From: Thermoanaerobaculia bacterium
Lineage (GTDB): Bacteria; Acidobacteriota; Thermoanaerobaculia; UBA5066
Reading direction: 5' to 3'
Assembly (NCBI GenBank): GCA_041495865.1
Contig: JBGQDL010000002.1
Span: forward strand, 1 to 58,850
DNA length: 58,850 nucleotides
Part shown: piece by piece, positions 25,628 through 35,001 of the stretch
How the letters are laid out: each line of letters opens with the position of its first letter
How positions within the stretch are numbered: the stretch's first letter is position 1
Notes under the pieces: generated by a model
The model's database searches: none
Told to the model about the DNA's origin: nothing
What the model saw: the letters and a program-made list of their open reading frames with translations, nothing else
Program-made: the position numbers and the translations under genes

Positions 25628-26905
25628 ATGAGGCGAGCGCTGCGAGTCGCCATCAACGCACAGATCCCGGGTGATGGATCGAGCGGCGGCATACAACAGG
25701 CGCTCGTCGCCCTGCTGCGCTCCTTGTCCGCTGCACCATCGGACGATGCCGTCTACCTGGTGTTGAGCGGGCGCCGTGACACAGACTGGCTTCAGGAGGC
25801 AGCTGGTGAGTCGACTTTGCTCTGTCCTCGTCCCTTGACGGTTGTCGAGCCCGCGCCTCAGCCCAGGGATCGAATTTCGCCGCGGCGCCTCGCGGTGACC
25901 GCGCGGTCGCTCGGGCTGCGGACGCTCGGCCGCCTGCGGAGCGAGGCTCTTCCTGCCTCGCCCGCCGAGTGGATGAAGGCGCTGGGGGCCGACCTCGTCC
26001 ACTTTCCATATCAGCGGCTCTTTCCGACGGCGGTCCCGTACGTCATCAACCCGTGGGATCTCCAGCACCTGCACCTTCCGGAGATGCTCGACGAAGGTGT
26101 CGTGCGCCAGCGCACCGCAGGATATGAATCGGCATGTATTGGTGCGGCGGCGGTGGTCGTCGGCACCCCGTGGGTGCGCAATGACGTCACCGCCCGTATG
26201 GGCGTTTTGCCGAAGCGGGTCCATGCGGTTCCCCTTGCCGCGCCAGCGCCCTTCACGATTCCCACGGCGGACATCCGGCGGGTTCACGCCCGGCTGGGAG
26301 TGCGGGAGCCGTTCCTGCTCTATCCTGCCCACACCTTTCCCCATAAGAACCATTTGCAACTGCTGGAATGCCTGGCTCGGCTCCGTCATCGCGGCATTCG
26401 AGCCCAGTGCCTCTGCCCCGGAGGTCGAAGCCCCTTCGCCGCCGTGATCGAGGAGGCCGTGCTCCGGCTCGGGTTGGAGGCGGAGGTGAGCTTCCCCGGA
26501 TTCGTTGGCGAGAGCGAGCTGCGCGCGCTCTACGCCTCATGCCGGATGGTCGTGTTCCCTTCCCTGTTCGAAGGCTTCGGACTGCCTCTGCTGGAGTCCT
26601 TCGCCGGCAGCGCACCCGTGGCGTGCTCGGACCTGCCGCCGCTGCGGGAGGTGGCCGCAGACGCGGCTCTCTACTTCGATCCTCGCGATCCCGATGTCAT
26701 GGCCGACACGCTGGCCGAAGGCCTCTGCTCGGAGCCTCTCCGCCGACGGCTGATCGATCGTGGCCGCTTGCGGCTCGGCTTTTTCGCGCCCCGGCAGGTA
26801 GGCGCCGCCATGCGCGCGGTGTATCGGCTGGCGCTGGAGGAGGTGGCGTTGCCGGCAGATGCGGCGGCCCTCGACGCATTCCAGAGCGGGCCCTGGACGT
26901 CATGA
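25628..26905 (+). CDS. glycosyltransferase family 4 (GT-B)
   Basis: ATG at 25628. FPSLFEGFGLPLLESFAGSAPVACSD is the E-x7-E motif. Confidence 0.85.
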   Translation: MRRALRVAINAQIPGDGSSGGIQQALVALLRSLSAAPSDDAVYLVLSGRRDTDWLQEAAGESTLLCPRPLTVVEPAPQPRDRISPRRLAVTARSLGLRTLGRLRSEALPASPAEWMKALGADLVHFPYQRLFPTAVPYVINPWDLQHLHLPEMLDEGVVRQRTAGYESACIGAAAVVVGTPWVRNDVTARMGVLPKRVHAVPLAAPAPFTIPTADIRRVHARLGVREPFLLYPAHTFPHKNHLQLLECLARLRHRGIRAQCLCPGGRSPFAAVIEEAVLRLGLEAEVSFPGFVGESELRALYASCRMVVFPSLFEGFGLPLLESFAGSAPVACSDLPPLREVAADAALYFDPRDPDVMADTLAEGLCSEPLRRRLIDRGRLRLGFFAPRQVGAAMRAVYRLALEEVALPADAAALDAFQSGPWTS

Positions 26906-26931
26906 CGCGCGTGGACCCCGATGCTCGCGCC

Positions 26932-27073
26932 GACCTATGGCATCCTCGGAAGCTCGAGCTGCAAATGGCGCGCTTCGCGGCCGACTCCTCGCCCGGTCTC
27001 GTTCAAAGCGGCGTCGAGACCTTCGGCGCCAGTCATATCCGACGCCTCTTCCAACGGACGCTCGCGCGATAGC
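26932..27073 (+). pseudogene. collapsed relic of the GT2 gene at 23749-24630 (internal piece joined to the last codons)
   Basis: DLWHPRKLELQMARFAADSSPGLVQSGVETFGA parallels DLWLPRKLERQLARFAADSALGLVHCGVETFGE (24013-24109). RLFQRTLAR* parallels RLFRRTLAR* (24601-24630). About 490 nt in between are missing. Confidence 0.6.
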
Positions 27074-27095
27074 TTCGCTGCTCATGTGCGGCATC
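27043..27095 (+). repeat. copy B of duplicated junction (GT2 3' end + TAG + asnB ATG)
   Basis: cgcctcttccaacggacgctcgcgcgatagc...atgtgcggcatc. See copy A. Confidence 0.6.
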
Positions 27096-29003
27096 TTCGG
27101 AGCGGTGTTCCTGGCCGACGGTGAGGTCGCTCACGTCGAGCCAGCTCTGGCCACCCTCTTCCATCGCGGTCCCGACGGCGACGGCGTCTTTCGCGACAGC
27201 GGCGTGGTCCTGGGCTTCCGGCGTCTGGCCATTCTCGACCTCACGCCCGCCGGCGGGCAGCCGATGGTCTCCGCCGACGGCTCGGTGGCGGTCGTTTTCA
27301 ACGGCGAGATCTACAACCATCACGAGCTGCGCAACGAGCTGGCCGCGCTCGGCCACCGGTTCCGCTCGCGCAGCGACACGGAGGTCATCGTCGAGGGTTA
27401 TGGCGCCTGGGGCGATGGCGTTTTCGGGAGGCTCGACGGCATGTTCGCCATCGGCATCTGGGATGCGAGGCACCGACGCCTGCTGCTCTGCCGCGATCGG
27501 GCCGGCAAGAAGCCTCTCTTCTATTCACACGGCACCGATGGCGCGCACTCGATCCGTTTCGCCTCCGAGGCCAAGGCCATCCTCGCCTCCGGCCACGCCG
27601 CCGAGATCGATCTCGCCGCCCTTTCCTACGTGCTCTCCTTCGGCTACACCCCGCCGCCCGGGACGATGTATCGCGGCATCTCCCAGCTGCCGCCCGCGAC
27701 CGTGATGTCGTGCGAGAGCGGGAAGGCACCTCAATGGCGGCGTTACTGGCGCGCCCCCTTCGCCGCCGCGCCTCTGGAGGTCACGGTGCCGCAAGCGACG
27801 GCCGAGATCCGTCGATTGTTCGATGCCGCAGTCCGCCGGCGAATCGAGGCCGACGTGCCGCTCGGCGCCTTCCTCTCCGGCGGCCTCGATTCGACCATCG
27901 TCGTCGGCACGATGGCGCGCCTGCTAGGTCCCGGCGTACGGACCTTCTCCATCGGGTTCGCCGGCGATCCTCGCTACGACGAGACCAGCTTCGCCCGGCT
28001 CGCGGCGCGCACCTTCGCCACCCGACACGTCGAGTTCACGCTCGAGCCCTCGTCGTTCGCTCTCGCCGAACGCCTCGTCGCCCTCCACGATGGGCCCTTC
28101 GGCGACTCCTCGGCGATCCCAAGCACGGTGATTTCCATGCTCGCTCGGGAGCACGTCACGGTAGCCCTCACGGGCGACGGCGGCGACGAGCTCTTCAGCG
28201 GATATCTCCGCTTCCTTGCGGCGGATGCGGCGGAGAAGGTTCCCAGGTGGCTGCTGCGCGCCGGTGAGCTCCTGGTGGAGCGTCTCCCGTACGCAAACGG
28301 TGAGCGCTCGGCCGTCGCGCGCGTCAGGCGCTTCCTTGCCGCGGCGCGGATGCCTCTCGCCGACCGGCTGACGCGCTGGAGCTCGCTGTTCGCCTTCGAG
28401 CTCGACCAGCTCCTCCTCCCCGAGATCCGCGCCCAGGCCGCTGCCGACGCGCCACTCGGCTGGATGCGCGCCATCGTCGCGGAGAGCCGCGGAGCCACGA
28501 CGCTCGCACGCATTCTCGACCACAACTTCTCGACCTACCTGCCCTGCGATCTCCTGGTCAAGGCAGACCGCACCTCGATGGCCCACGGCCTCGAGCTGCG
28601 GTCGCCTTTCCTCGACACCGCGCTCGTCGAGTACGTCTCCCGCCTGCCCGACTCGTTCAAGCGCCGCGGAATGACGACGAAGTGGATCCTCCGTCGCGCG
28701 TTTCGCGATCTGCTGCCTCCACGCATCGCCGGCCGCGGCAAAATGGGCTTCGGCATCCCCCTCGGCACCTGGTTTCGTGGCGACCTGAAGGAATATTTGT
28801 ACGACCACCTCTCGGCAACGGCACTGCTCTACAGCCTCGTGGATCGCCGGTTCGTCGAACGGCTCCTCGACGACCACCTGGAGATGCGCGCCGATCACGG
28901 TCACCGCTTGTGGCTCCTCCTCACCCTGGAGCTCTGGCTGCGGTCTCTCTCTCGCGCTCGCTCCCCAGGGTCGCGGCCAGCGGCGCCAGCGACAGGGGCA
29001 TGA
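27084..29003 (+). CDS. asparagine synthase (glutamine-hydrolysing) family amidotransferase
   Basis: MCGIFG is an Ntn nucleophile N-terminus. SGGLDS is a PP-loop. 639 aa. The upstream 26859 start is rejected because it reads through the GT2 relic. Confidence 0.9.
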   Translation: MCGIFGAVFLADGEVAHVEPALATLFHRGPDGDGVFRDSGVVLGFRRLAILDLTPAGGQPMVSADGSVAVVFNGEIYNHHELRNELAALGHRFRSRSDTEVIVEGYGAWGDGVFGRLDGMFAIGIWDARHRRLLLCRDRAGKKPLFYSHGTDGAHSIRFASEAKAILASGHAAEIDLAALSYVLSFGYTPPPGTMYRGISQLPPATVMSCESGKAPQWRRYWRAPFAAAPLEVTVPQATAEIRRLFDAAVRRRIEADVPLGAFLSGGLDSTIVVGTMARLLGPGVRTFSIGFAGDPRYDETSFARLAARTFATRHVEFTLEPSSFALAERLVALHDGPFGDSSAIPSTVISMLAREHVTVALTGDGGDELFSGYLRFLAADAAEKVPRWLLRAGELLVERLPYANGERSAVARVRRFLAAARMPLADRLTRWSSLFAFELDQLLLPEIRAQAAADAPLGWMRAIVAESRGATTLARILDHNFSTYLPCDLLVKADRTSMAHGLELRSPFLDTALVEYVSRLPDSFKRRGMTTKWILRRAFRDLLPPRIAGRGKMGFGIPLGTWFRGDLKEYLYDHLSATALLYSLVDRRFVERLLDDHLEMRADHGHRLWLLLTLELWLRSLSRARSPGSRPAAPATGA

Positions 29004-30408
29004 GGATCATCTCGCGCAACCGGAAGAGCGTGCCGAAGTTCGTCACCACGTACGCCAGGCCGGCGGCGATCAGGAAGGCAGAAAGCAGGACCTGCACGGC
29101 GAGGGGCGAGGTCCTGCCGGCATGCCATGCGGCCCTCACTGTCAACAGCCCGCTGAGGACGGAGGCGAACAGGAAAAAGAGCGTGTCGAGCTCGACATAT
29201 GTCCATACTCCCCCGCCGGATCCGATCGAGAAAATGCCCAGGCGCCTCCCCACGGCCCGCGGGAGAAAGGTCGCCGCCAGGCCGGTCAGCAGGTTGCTCG
29301 ACTTCTCTTCCGTGGGGGCGGGCGACGCGAGTGGCGGGGTCGCGGGCGGACTGCTCCGAGCCGCCTGTCGCCCCTCTTCGGCGGCGCCGCTGATCTGCGA
29401 CGCGCCACCGGAAGAGACGAAGCCCTCGCGCAGCGCCACCAAGGGCCTCAGGAGAACCCTCTTCGTCTGCTCCCCGATCGAGCCGACCTCCGGGACCTCC
29501 CCGCCCGACTTGTACGGCATCAGGACGGCTCGTACGGTGGGAGGGAGCAGGGGCCCGCCGGAAAACACCACGACCTGGGATAACAGGATCCAAAGCGAGG
29601 CGCCGACGACGATGCGCCGCCACCGTCGCACTGGCGATGCCTGGAGCAGAGACAGCACCAGGCCCGCTCCGAGCGCCAACCAGAGGATGAGGGCGAAGTA
29701 GGCCCTTATCCCGGCGAGCTCGTAGATGACGGCGGCCAGGACCAACGCCCAGAGCACCCGTCGCCATCCCGCTCCCGTCTTCACGCTGTGGTCGAACCAG
29801 TGGCGACTGGCGTAGAACCACGCGATGACCAGCAAGCCGAAGAGCGGATCCTTGAGCGGTTGCGTCGACCACAGTATCCAGCTCGGATGCAGGCTCAGGA
29901 CCGTCAACGCGAGCAGCCCCGGGTACCTGCCCGCGGGTCCCAGCGACGCGCTCCAGCGCACCAGCGCCAGCGCGCCGCCGAGAAAACACGCACAGTTGAG
30001 GAGCAACCCCACACTCGTCACGTAGCCGAAGAGGGTCTGTGCCAGGCAGAGGATCTGCAGAAACGAGACCGACGGCCACGCCCCCCGATCCAGGGTGACG
30101 ATGGCGAGCAGGCCCTGGCTCGCCGCTGCGCGCGCCAGCGGCATGTAGTACTGCGAATCCAAGGCAAAGACCCAGAAGCCCCCGCCGAGGTAGTGGCTCG
30201 CCATCACCGGCAGCCGCAGATAGGAGATCCAGAACAGAGCGATGCCGGCCACCGCTCGCAGCAGGAAACCGGCGGTGACGATGCGGGTCGCCCATGGATC
30301 ACCCCCCCTGGACGCGCCGCGCCAAGCGGCCCAGAGAGCCACGCCCGCGGCGCTGGCGACGAGCGCCCGCAGCGCTCCGGCACCATCGATGAGAGAAAGG
30401 AGGGTCAC
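28921..30408 (-). CDS. polytopic integral membrane protein (candidate Wzy-type polymerase; function unproven)
   Basis: At least 10 hydrophobic segments plus one Ser/Pro/Ala-rich loop. GTG at 30408 lies 3 nt after the stop of the upstream gene. The start is uncertain. Confidence 0.55.
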   Translation of the reverse strand: MTLLSLIDGAGALRALVASAAGVALWAAWRGASRGGDPWATRIVTAGFLLRAVAGIALFWISYLRLPVMASHYLGGGFWVFALDSQYYMPLARAAASQGLLAIVTLDRGAWPSVSFLQILCLAQTLFGYVTSVGLLLNCACFLGGALALVRWSASLGPAGRYPGLLALTVLSLHPSWILWSTQPLKDPLFGLLVIAWFYASRHWFDHSVKTGAGWRRVLWALVLAAVIYELAGIRAYFALILWLALGAGLVLSLLQASPVRRWRRIVVGASLWILLSQVVVFSGGPLLPPTVRAVLMPYKSGGEVPEVGSIGEQTKRVLLRPLVALREGFVSSGGASQISGAAEEGRQAARSSPPATPPLASPAPTEEKSSNLLTGLAATFLPRAVGRRLGIFSIGSGGGVWTYVELDTLFFLFASVLSGLLTVRAAWHAGRTSPLAVQVLLSAFLIAAGLAYVVTNFGTLFRLREMILMPLSLAPLAATLGSERERETAARAPG

Positions 30409-30410
30409 CT

Positions 30411-32729
30411 TTACTCCAGCGAAACGCGGTCCACGCCGATCCCGAGCGCGCGCGTGTCGTCCCCCTTGCCCGCGTCTTTGGGAATCGTCGTCGGCATGCG
30501 GAACCACAGCCGGACCGGCTCCGGGCCGGAGAGCGCGCTCACGGCCTCGGGCTCCAGCTCGCAGGACGCTTCCGCGAGGCCCGGCGCCACGTGGACGCTC
30601 CCCGCCGGGACCTCGCCGACCGAGACCGCGACGTCCACGGGAGCCGCCACGGCCCACGCGCGGAGCACGAGTCGCGAAGGAACGAACCCCGGCACCGGAG
30701 AGAAGACGATCGAGGCGGCACCTTCCGTCCACCGGAAGTCGAGCCCGGCGTCCGTGACTTTCTCGCGGCCATAGAAGCCTTCCGGGTCGAATCGGCCGTC
30801 GTCGGGTGCGCCGAGATCGGCCACGAGCCGCGCCGACTGCCGCGGCCAGAGCGCCTCGGGAGGCCAGCAGTACGTCGCCTCGCGAATCGTGAAGCAGCCT
30901 TTCGCGGGCCGCGTCGCCCCCTCGAGCGGGGGAAGGTCCTTCGGCCGGTCACAGGACAGGATGTACTCGGAGGGTCCCGGCATCGGGCCGAAGATCGCGC
31001 GGGGGACGATCGCGAGGTCGAACGGGCCCGGCCCGATCCGGCGCTCGGAAAGCAGCCGTCCCGAGCGCGCCTCCGTCACGCGGAGAGTCGTCTCACCCGA
31101 GTCGCCCGGCCGCTCACCCGAAAGCACGGCGCAGAGAGGCCCCTGGTCCGCGGGGACGTACAGGTGCGCGGCGGGGCCCGCCCAACGGAACGAGGGCGTG
31201 CCGGGGACGGACTCCTTCAGGCCGAAGCCCGGGCCGAAAAGCGGCGGCGCCGGGTCTCGGACGGCGACCGCGAGGAGCCGCCCGTTTCCGAGCGCCTCCG
31301 CCACGCGTCCCCTCCTCGTCCACGATCGCCAGACCGGATCGAAGCGGTCGGGCGCGCCCTCTTCCCCCGTGAAATCCGCGAGGCGGACGAGCCGCTTGTT
31401 CATCTGGTGCGGCGCCTGCACGAGCTCTTCATCGGTGTAGCCCCAAACGACGAGGCGGCCCTCCCATCGCTCGGTCCTGAGGAACGCCGGGAAATCCGGA
31501 TCGGCCACGATGGTCTCCCGGCCGGGGTGGACCCAGCGCTCGAGCATGCACAGGGCGGCGATGGGCGGCGTTTCCTCCCGCGCGCTGGTCCGCACTTCCG
31601 GCCACGCCTCGCGCGCGAAGAAGAACGCGCCAAGGCAGGCCGCCCCGAACGCGAGAACGCCCCGCCTGAGAAGCACCTCGAGCCCGGCGCCCAGAGCCAG
31701 GCCGAGGACGAGCACGAACGGCACGGAATAGCGCGACATCGCACGGCTGTGGAGCAGCCAGAGGGAGAGAAACGCCGGAACGAGAATGAGCACGAGGTCC
31801 ACGGCGCCCCGGCGCCTGCGGATGGCAAGGCCCACGAGGCCGGCGCCCGCGACGGCGAGGACGACGAGCGCGCGACGCCACGAGAGGAAATCCCGCACGA
31901 GAAAGGAGTCGAGAAGCGTGCCGAACGTACCGGTCGCGAACGCGTGCGCGCGGAATCCGGCGCGCTCCGACAGGGACGCGAAGAGTCCGGCCGCGCCGCC
32001 CGCCTGCGCGAAGAGCCAGACGCCCCACGCCGCCGTACCCGCCAGAGCCGAGACGGCGAACGTGACCCCGGCGTCGGCCCGGTCGTGACGAGACAGGAGC
32101 CGCACCGTCCAGACGAGAAGGACCGGGAAGAACGCGAGGAGGAGATGCGGCCTCACGCCGCACCCCGCGGCCGCGAGGAGCCCGCCCGCGAGGGCGAGGA
32201 GGCGCGCGCGGCGGGCGGCCACGAGGTCGCGCCAGCGGGTCTGATTCGGCGAGCGCCGCTCGTCGGCGATCTAGAGGCAGGCGAGCGCGCCGAGGAACAG
32301 GGCCGTGGCGGGCGTGTCGGAGAAGGCGCGCCCCCCGTTCACCCACACGACCGGCAGCGCGAAGGCGAAAACGATGCCCGCGAGTGCCGCCCATCCGCCC
32401 GCGATGCGCCGGCCCCAGACGTAAAGCGCCGGAACGGCGAAGGCGGCGAGCAGCGTGGATGCGGTCGCGAGCGCGTTGAACGGCGTGACGCAGAACGGCA
32501 GCAGCGCCCGCCCGAGGAGGATCCAGACGGGAAATCCGGGCGCCTGGGGGGAAAGGTCGAAGAGGTCGAAGCGCGTGACGGCGCCCGAGAGGATGGCCTC
32601 GTCGATCTCGCCCGGGGAGTGCGCGAGCGCGAAGAAGCGGGAGGCCGCGACGCCGCCCACGACGAGCGCGGCGAGCGCGAGCGGCGGCTCGCGGCGCCGG
32701 TCGTCGGCCCGGCCGTAGCGCCTCAACAC
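30411..32729 (-). pseudogene. GT-C fold (ArnT/PMT, GT39-like) membrane glycosyltransferase interrupted by one in-frame TAG at 32271-32273
   Basis: ORFs 32271..32729 and 30411..32222 are in the same frame. The sequence reads ...FLGALACL*IADERRSPNQTRWRDLVAARRARLL.... The N-terminal loop has GEIDEA. Multi-TM core followed by a soluble C-terminal domain of about 350 aa. Confidence 0.6.
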
Positions 32730-32772
32730 GGCCCCAGTGTTTCATCTTTCGGGCCGGGCCGAAACAGCTACA

Positions 32773-34179
32773 ATGAAGCCCGATGTCGAATCGACATCCC
32801 GCGGGATGAGCATTCCCCGCATCCTCCCTCGCGCCGAACATCCCATTTCGCGCGGCTACATCGACCCCGACGCCCTGCGCGTCCTGTACCGGCTGCACCG
32901 CGCCGGTTACAAGGCCTATCTCGTCGGAGGGTCGGTGCGCGACCTCATGACGGGGCGCACTCCAAAGGACTTCGACGTCGGCACCGACGCGAGACCGCAG
33001 GAAGTGCGCCGCCTGTTCCGCAACTCGCGCGTCATCGGGAGGCGCTTCCGCCTCGCGCACATCCTCTTCGAGCGGGGAAAGGTCGTCGAGGTTTCGACGT
33101 TTCGCAGGACGCCCGACGCCGTGCAGGGCGAGCAGGGCCAGGAGGGAGACGACGATCTCCTCATCCGCTCGGACAATACGTTTGGAACGCCCGAGGAGGA
33201 CGCCCTTCGGCGCGACTTCACGATCAACGGGCTTTTCTACGACATCGCGACGTACGCCGTCCTCGACTTCGTGGGCGGCGTCGAAGACCTCGAAAGGCGC
33301 GTCGTGCGCACGATCGGTGACCCTCTCATCCGCTTCCGGGAGGATCCCGTCCGGATGCTCCGCGCCTGTGAGTTCGCGGCGCGCCTCTCGTTCGCGATGT
33401 CGGAGGACGTGCGCGCGGCCATCGCCGAGCTCAACAAGGAAGTCACGAAGAGCGCCGCGGCGCGCGTCACGGAGGAGCTCCTCGACCCGCTGCGCCGGGG
33501 CTGGGGACGCGACACGTATCGCCTCTGGTCGGAGGCCGGTCTCCTGGACGCGCTCCTGTCCGAGCTCGGCGGCGCGAGCGCCGCGCGCGCGGCGGCCGAG
33601 GGAACCGCCGGGGGGCTCCTGTTCGCGCTCCTCGCCGAGACCGACGCGAAGCGGGCCGCGGGGGAGACACTCGAGGACGCCACGCTCCTGTCCGCGCTGT
33701 TCCTGCCCGTCGTGTTCGACGCCGTGCGGCGGCGTGGTCCTCTGTCCGCCGCCGACCCCGGCCGGGTTCTCCTCGTCCTCGAGGACACCGTGAATCCGCT
33801 CGCGACCCGGATGGCTCTTCCGAACCACCTCACCGAGACCGTCAAGCGCGTCCTCGAGACGCTCGGACGGCTCACGGGCACCCGCCCCACGGAGCCCGGC
33901 GTGAGGCGCTTCGCCGGCAAGCCGTACCTCAAGGCCGCGGTGGCGCTTCTCTCGCTCTACGCGCGGGCCTCCGGCCGCTACCGCGAGGCCGCCGCGGCGT
34001 GGGAAGAGGCCCTCGAACGCGGATTCGGCGCGCACGCTGCAGCTGTGCCGTTTTCCGGCTCGCCGGTCCCGCCGCGCGAGACGCCATCGCTTCCCGCGCC
34101 GGACGGTCAGCCGCCCGCGCGCAGGCGCCGGCGCGGGGGCCGCCACCGCCGGCCGCAGGCCTCGGCCACGCCCGCCTAG
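32773..34179 (+). CDS. pcnB: poly(A) polymerase I (tRNA nucleotidyltransferase superfamily)
   Basis: VLYRLHRAGYKAYLVGGSVRDLMTGRTPKDFDVGTDARPQEVRRLFRNSRVIGRRFRLAHILF...RRDFTINGLFYD is present. ATG at 32773 is preferred over GTG 32737, which sits 7 nt from the divergent start. Confidence 0.85.
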   Translation: MKPDVESTSRGMSIPRILPRAEHPISRGYIDPDALRVLYRLHRAGYKAYLVGGSVRDLMTGRTPKDFDVGTDARPQEVRRLFRNSRVIGRRFRLAHILFERGKVVEVSTFRRTPDAVQGEQGQEGDDDLLIRSDNTFGTPEEDALRRDFTINGLFYDIATYAVLDFVGGVEDLERRVVRTIGDPLIRFREDPVRMLRACEFAARLSFAMSEDVRAAIAELNKEVTKSAAARVTEELLDPLRRGWGRDTYRLWSEAGLLDALLSELGGASAARAAAEGTAGGLLFALLAETDAKRAAGETLEDATLLSALFLPVVFDAVRRRGPLSAADPGRVLLVLEDTVNPLATRMALPNHLTETVKRVLETLGRLTGTRPTEPGVRRFAGKPYLKAAVALLSLYARASGRYREAAAAWEEALERGFGAHAAAVPFSGSPVPPRETPSLPAPDGQPPARRRRRGGRHRRPQASATPA

Positions 34180-34967
34180 CGCGCGCTGCGTTTCAGCCAG
34201 TCAGCGAGGTCGGACTCGAGCCGTGCGTAGTCGGCGTGCAGCGTTTCGCGCATGGCGTCCTCCACGGCCGCGCCTTCGCCCAGGCGATCGAGGAGGCGCG
34301 CGAGCGCGCCGAAGCCGCGCGTGTCTCTCAGCATTTCGGCCGCCGCGAGCGCGACCGCGTAACGGGACCGGGCCTGCGCCGCAGAGAAGCCCATGAACCC
34401 GCCTTCGAGGCCGGCCAGCGAGAACGTGCCCCGCGCGGCCCACGTGCCGGCGAGCGCGGGGGCGGACGGCACGGACGTCTTTCCCTCTTCGACCTGCGCG
34501 AGCCCTTCCTGCAGCCAGGTCGGGGCGCGCCCTTTCGCCCGGAAATGGACGAAGCTGTGCGTCATCTCGTGCCTGAGAACGGAGAGAAGCTCCGGCGTGA
34601 CGCCCGTGATGCCGCGCGCCGGCACGCGCACCCTTCCGTCGAAGAGGCCGTCGGCCCAGGCGGGAGCCTGCGTCGAAGCCTGGAAGTCACGCTCGGCGTA
34701 GACCACGACCACGACTTTTTCGGCGGGACCCGAGCCCAAGTCCTGGACGAGATCGGCGTAGGCCCGCTCGAGCGCCGAGAGGAGCACACGCTCGAGCCCC
34801 GGTTCCAGACGCCGCCCGTCGTAGACGAGGAGGATGCTCGAGCTCGCGCGCTCGGCGTAACGCTCCTCCACGCCCGACGCGCTGCGGCGGCCGGAAGGGT
34901 CCTGCGCGGCGAGCGAAAGAGGAACAAATAGAAGAAGAAGAAGATTTCTTCGAATGGTAAGAAACAC
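34176..34967 (-). CDS. secreted HExxH protein (putative zinc metallopeptidase)
   Basis: GTG at 34967 gives the signal peptide VFLTIRRNLLLLLFVPLSLAAQ. LRHEMTHSF is an HExxH motif. Confidence 0.6.
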   Translation of the reverse strand: MFLTIRRNLLLLLFVPLSLAAQDPSGRRSASGVEERYAERASSSILLVYDGRRLEPGLERVLLSALERAYADLVQDLGSGPAEKVVVVVYAERDFQASTQAPAWADGLFDGRVRVPARGITGVTPELLSVLRHEMTHSFVHFRAKGRAPTWLQEGLAQVEEGKTSVPSAPALAGTWAARGTFSLAGLEGGFMGFSAAQARSRYAVALAAAEMLRDTRGFGALARLLDRLGEGAAVEDAMRETLHADYARLESDLADWLKRSAR

Positions 34968-35001
34968 GGACGGATCATAGGCGCGATGCTCGGTTTCTTC
35001 G

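Noticed and set aside
30591-34146. 909-aa plus-strand (30591..33320) and 905-aa minus-strand (31429..34146) ORFs
   Set aside because: Both are Arg/Gly/Pro-rich and run antisense or out of frame to the GT-C gene and pcnB, which have convincing family motifs.
34176-34179. Shared CTAG stop overlap of pcnB and the HExxH protein gene
   Set aside because: This is a trivial 4-nt convergent overlap and no further structure was seen.
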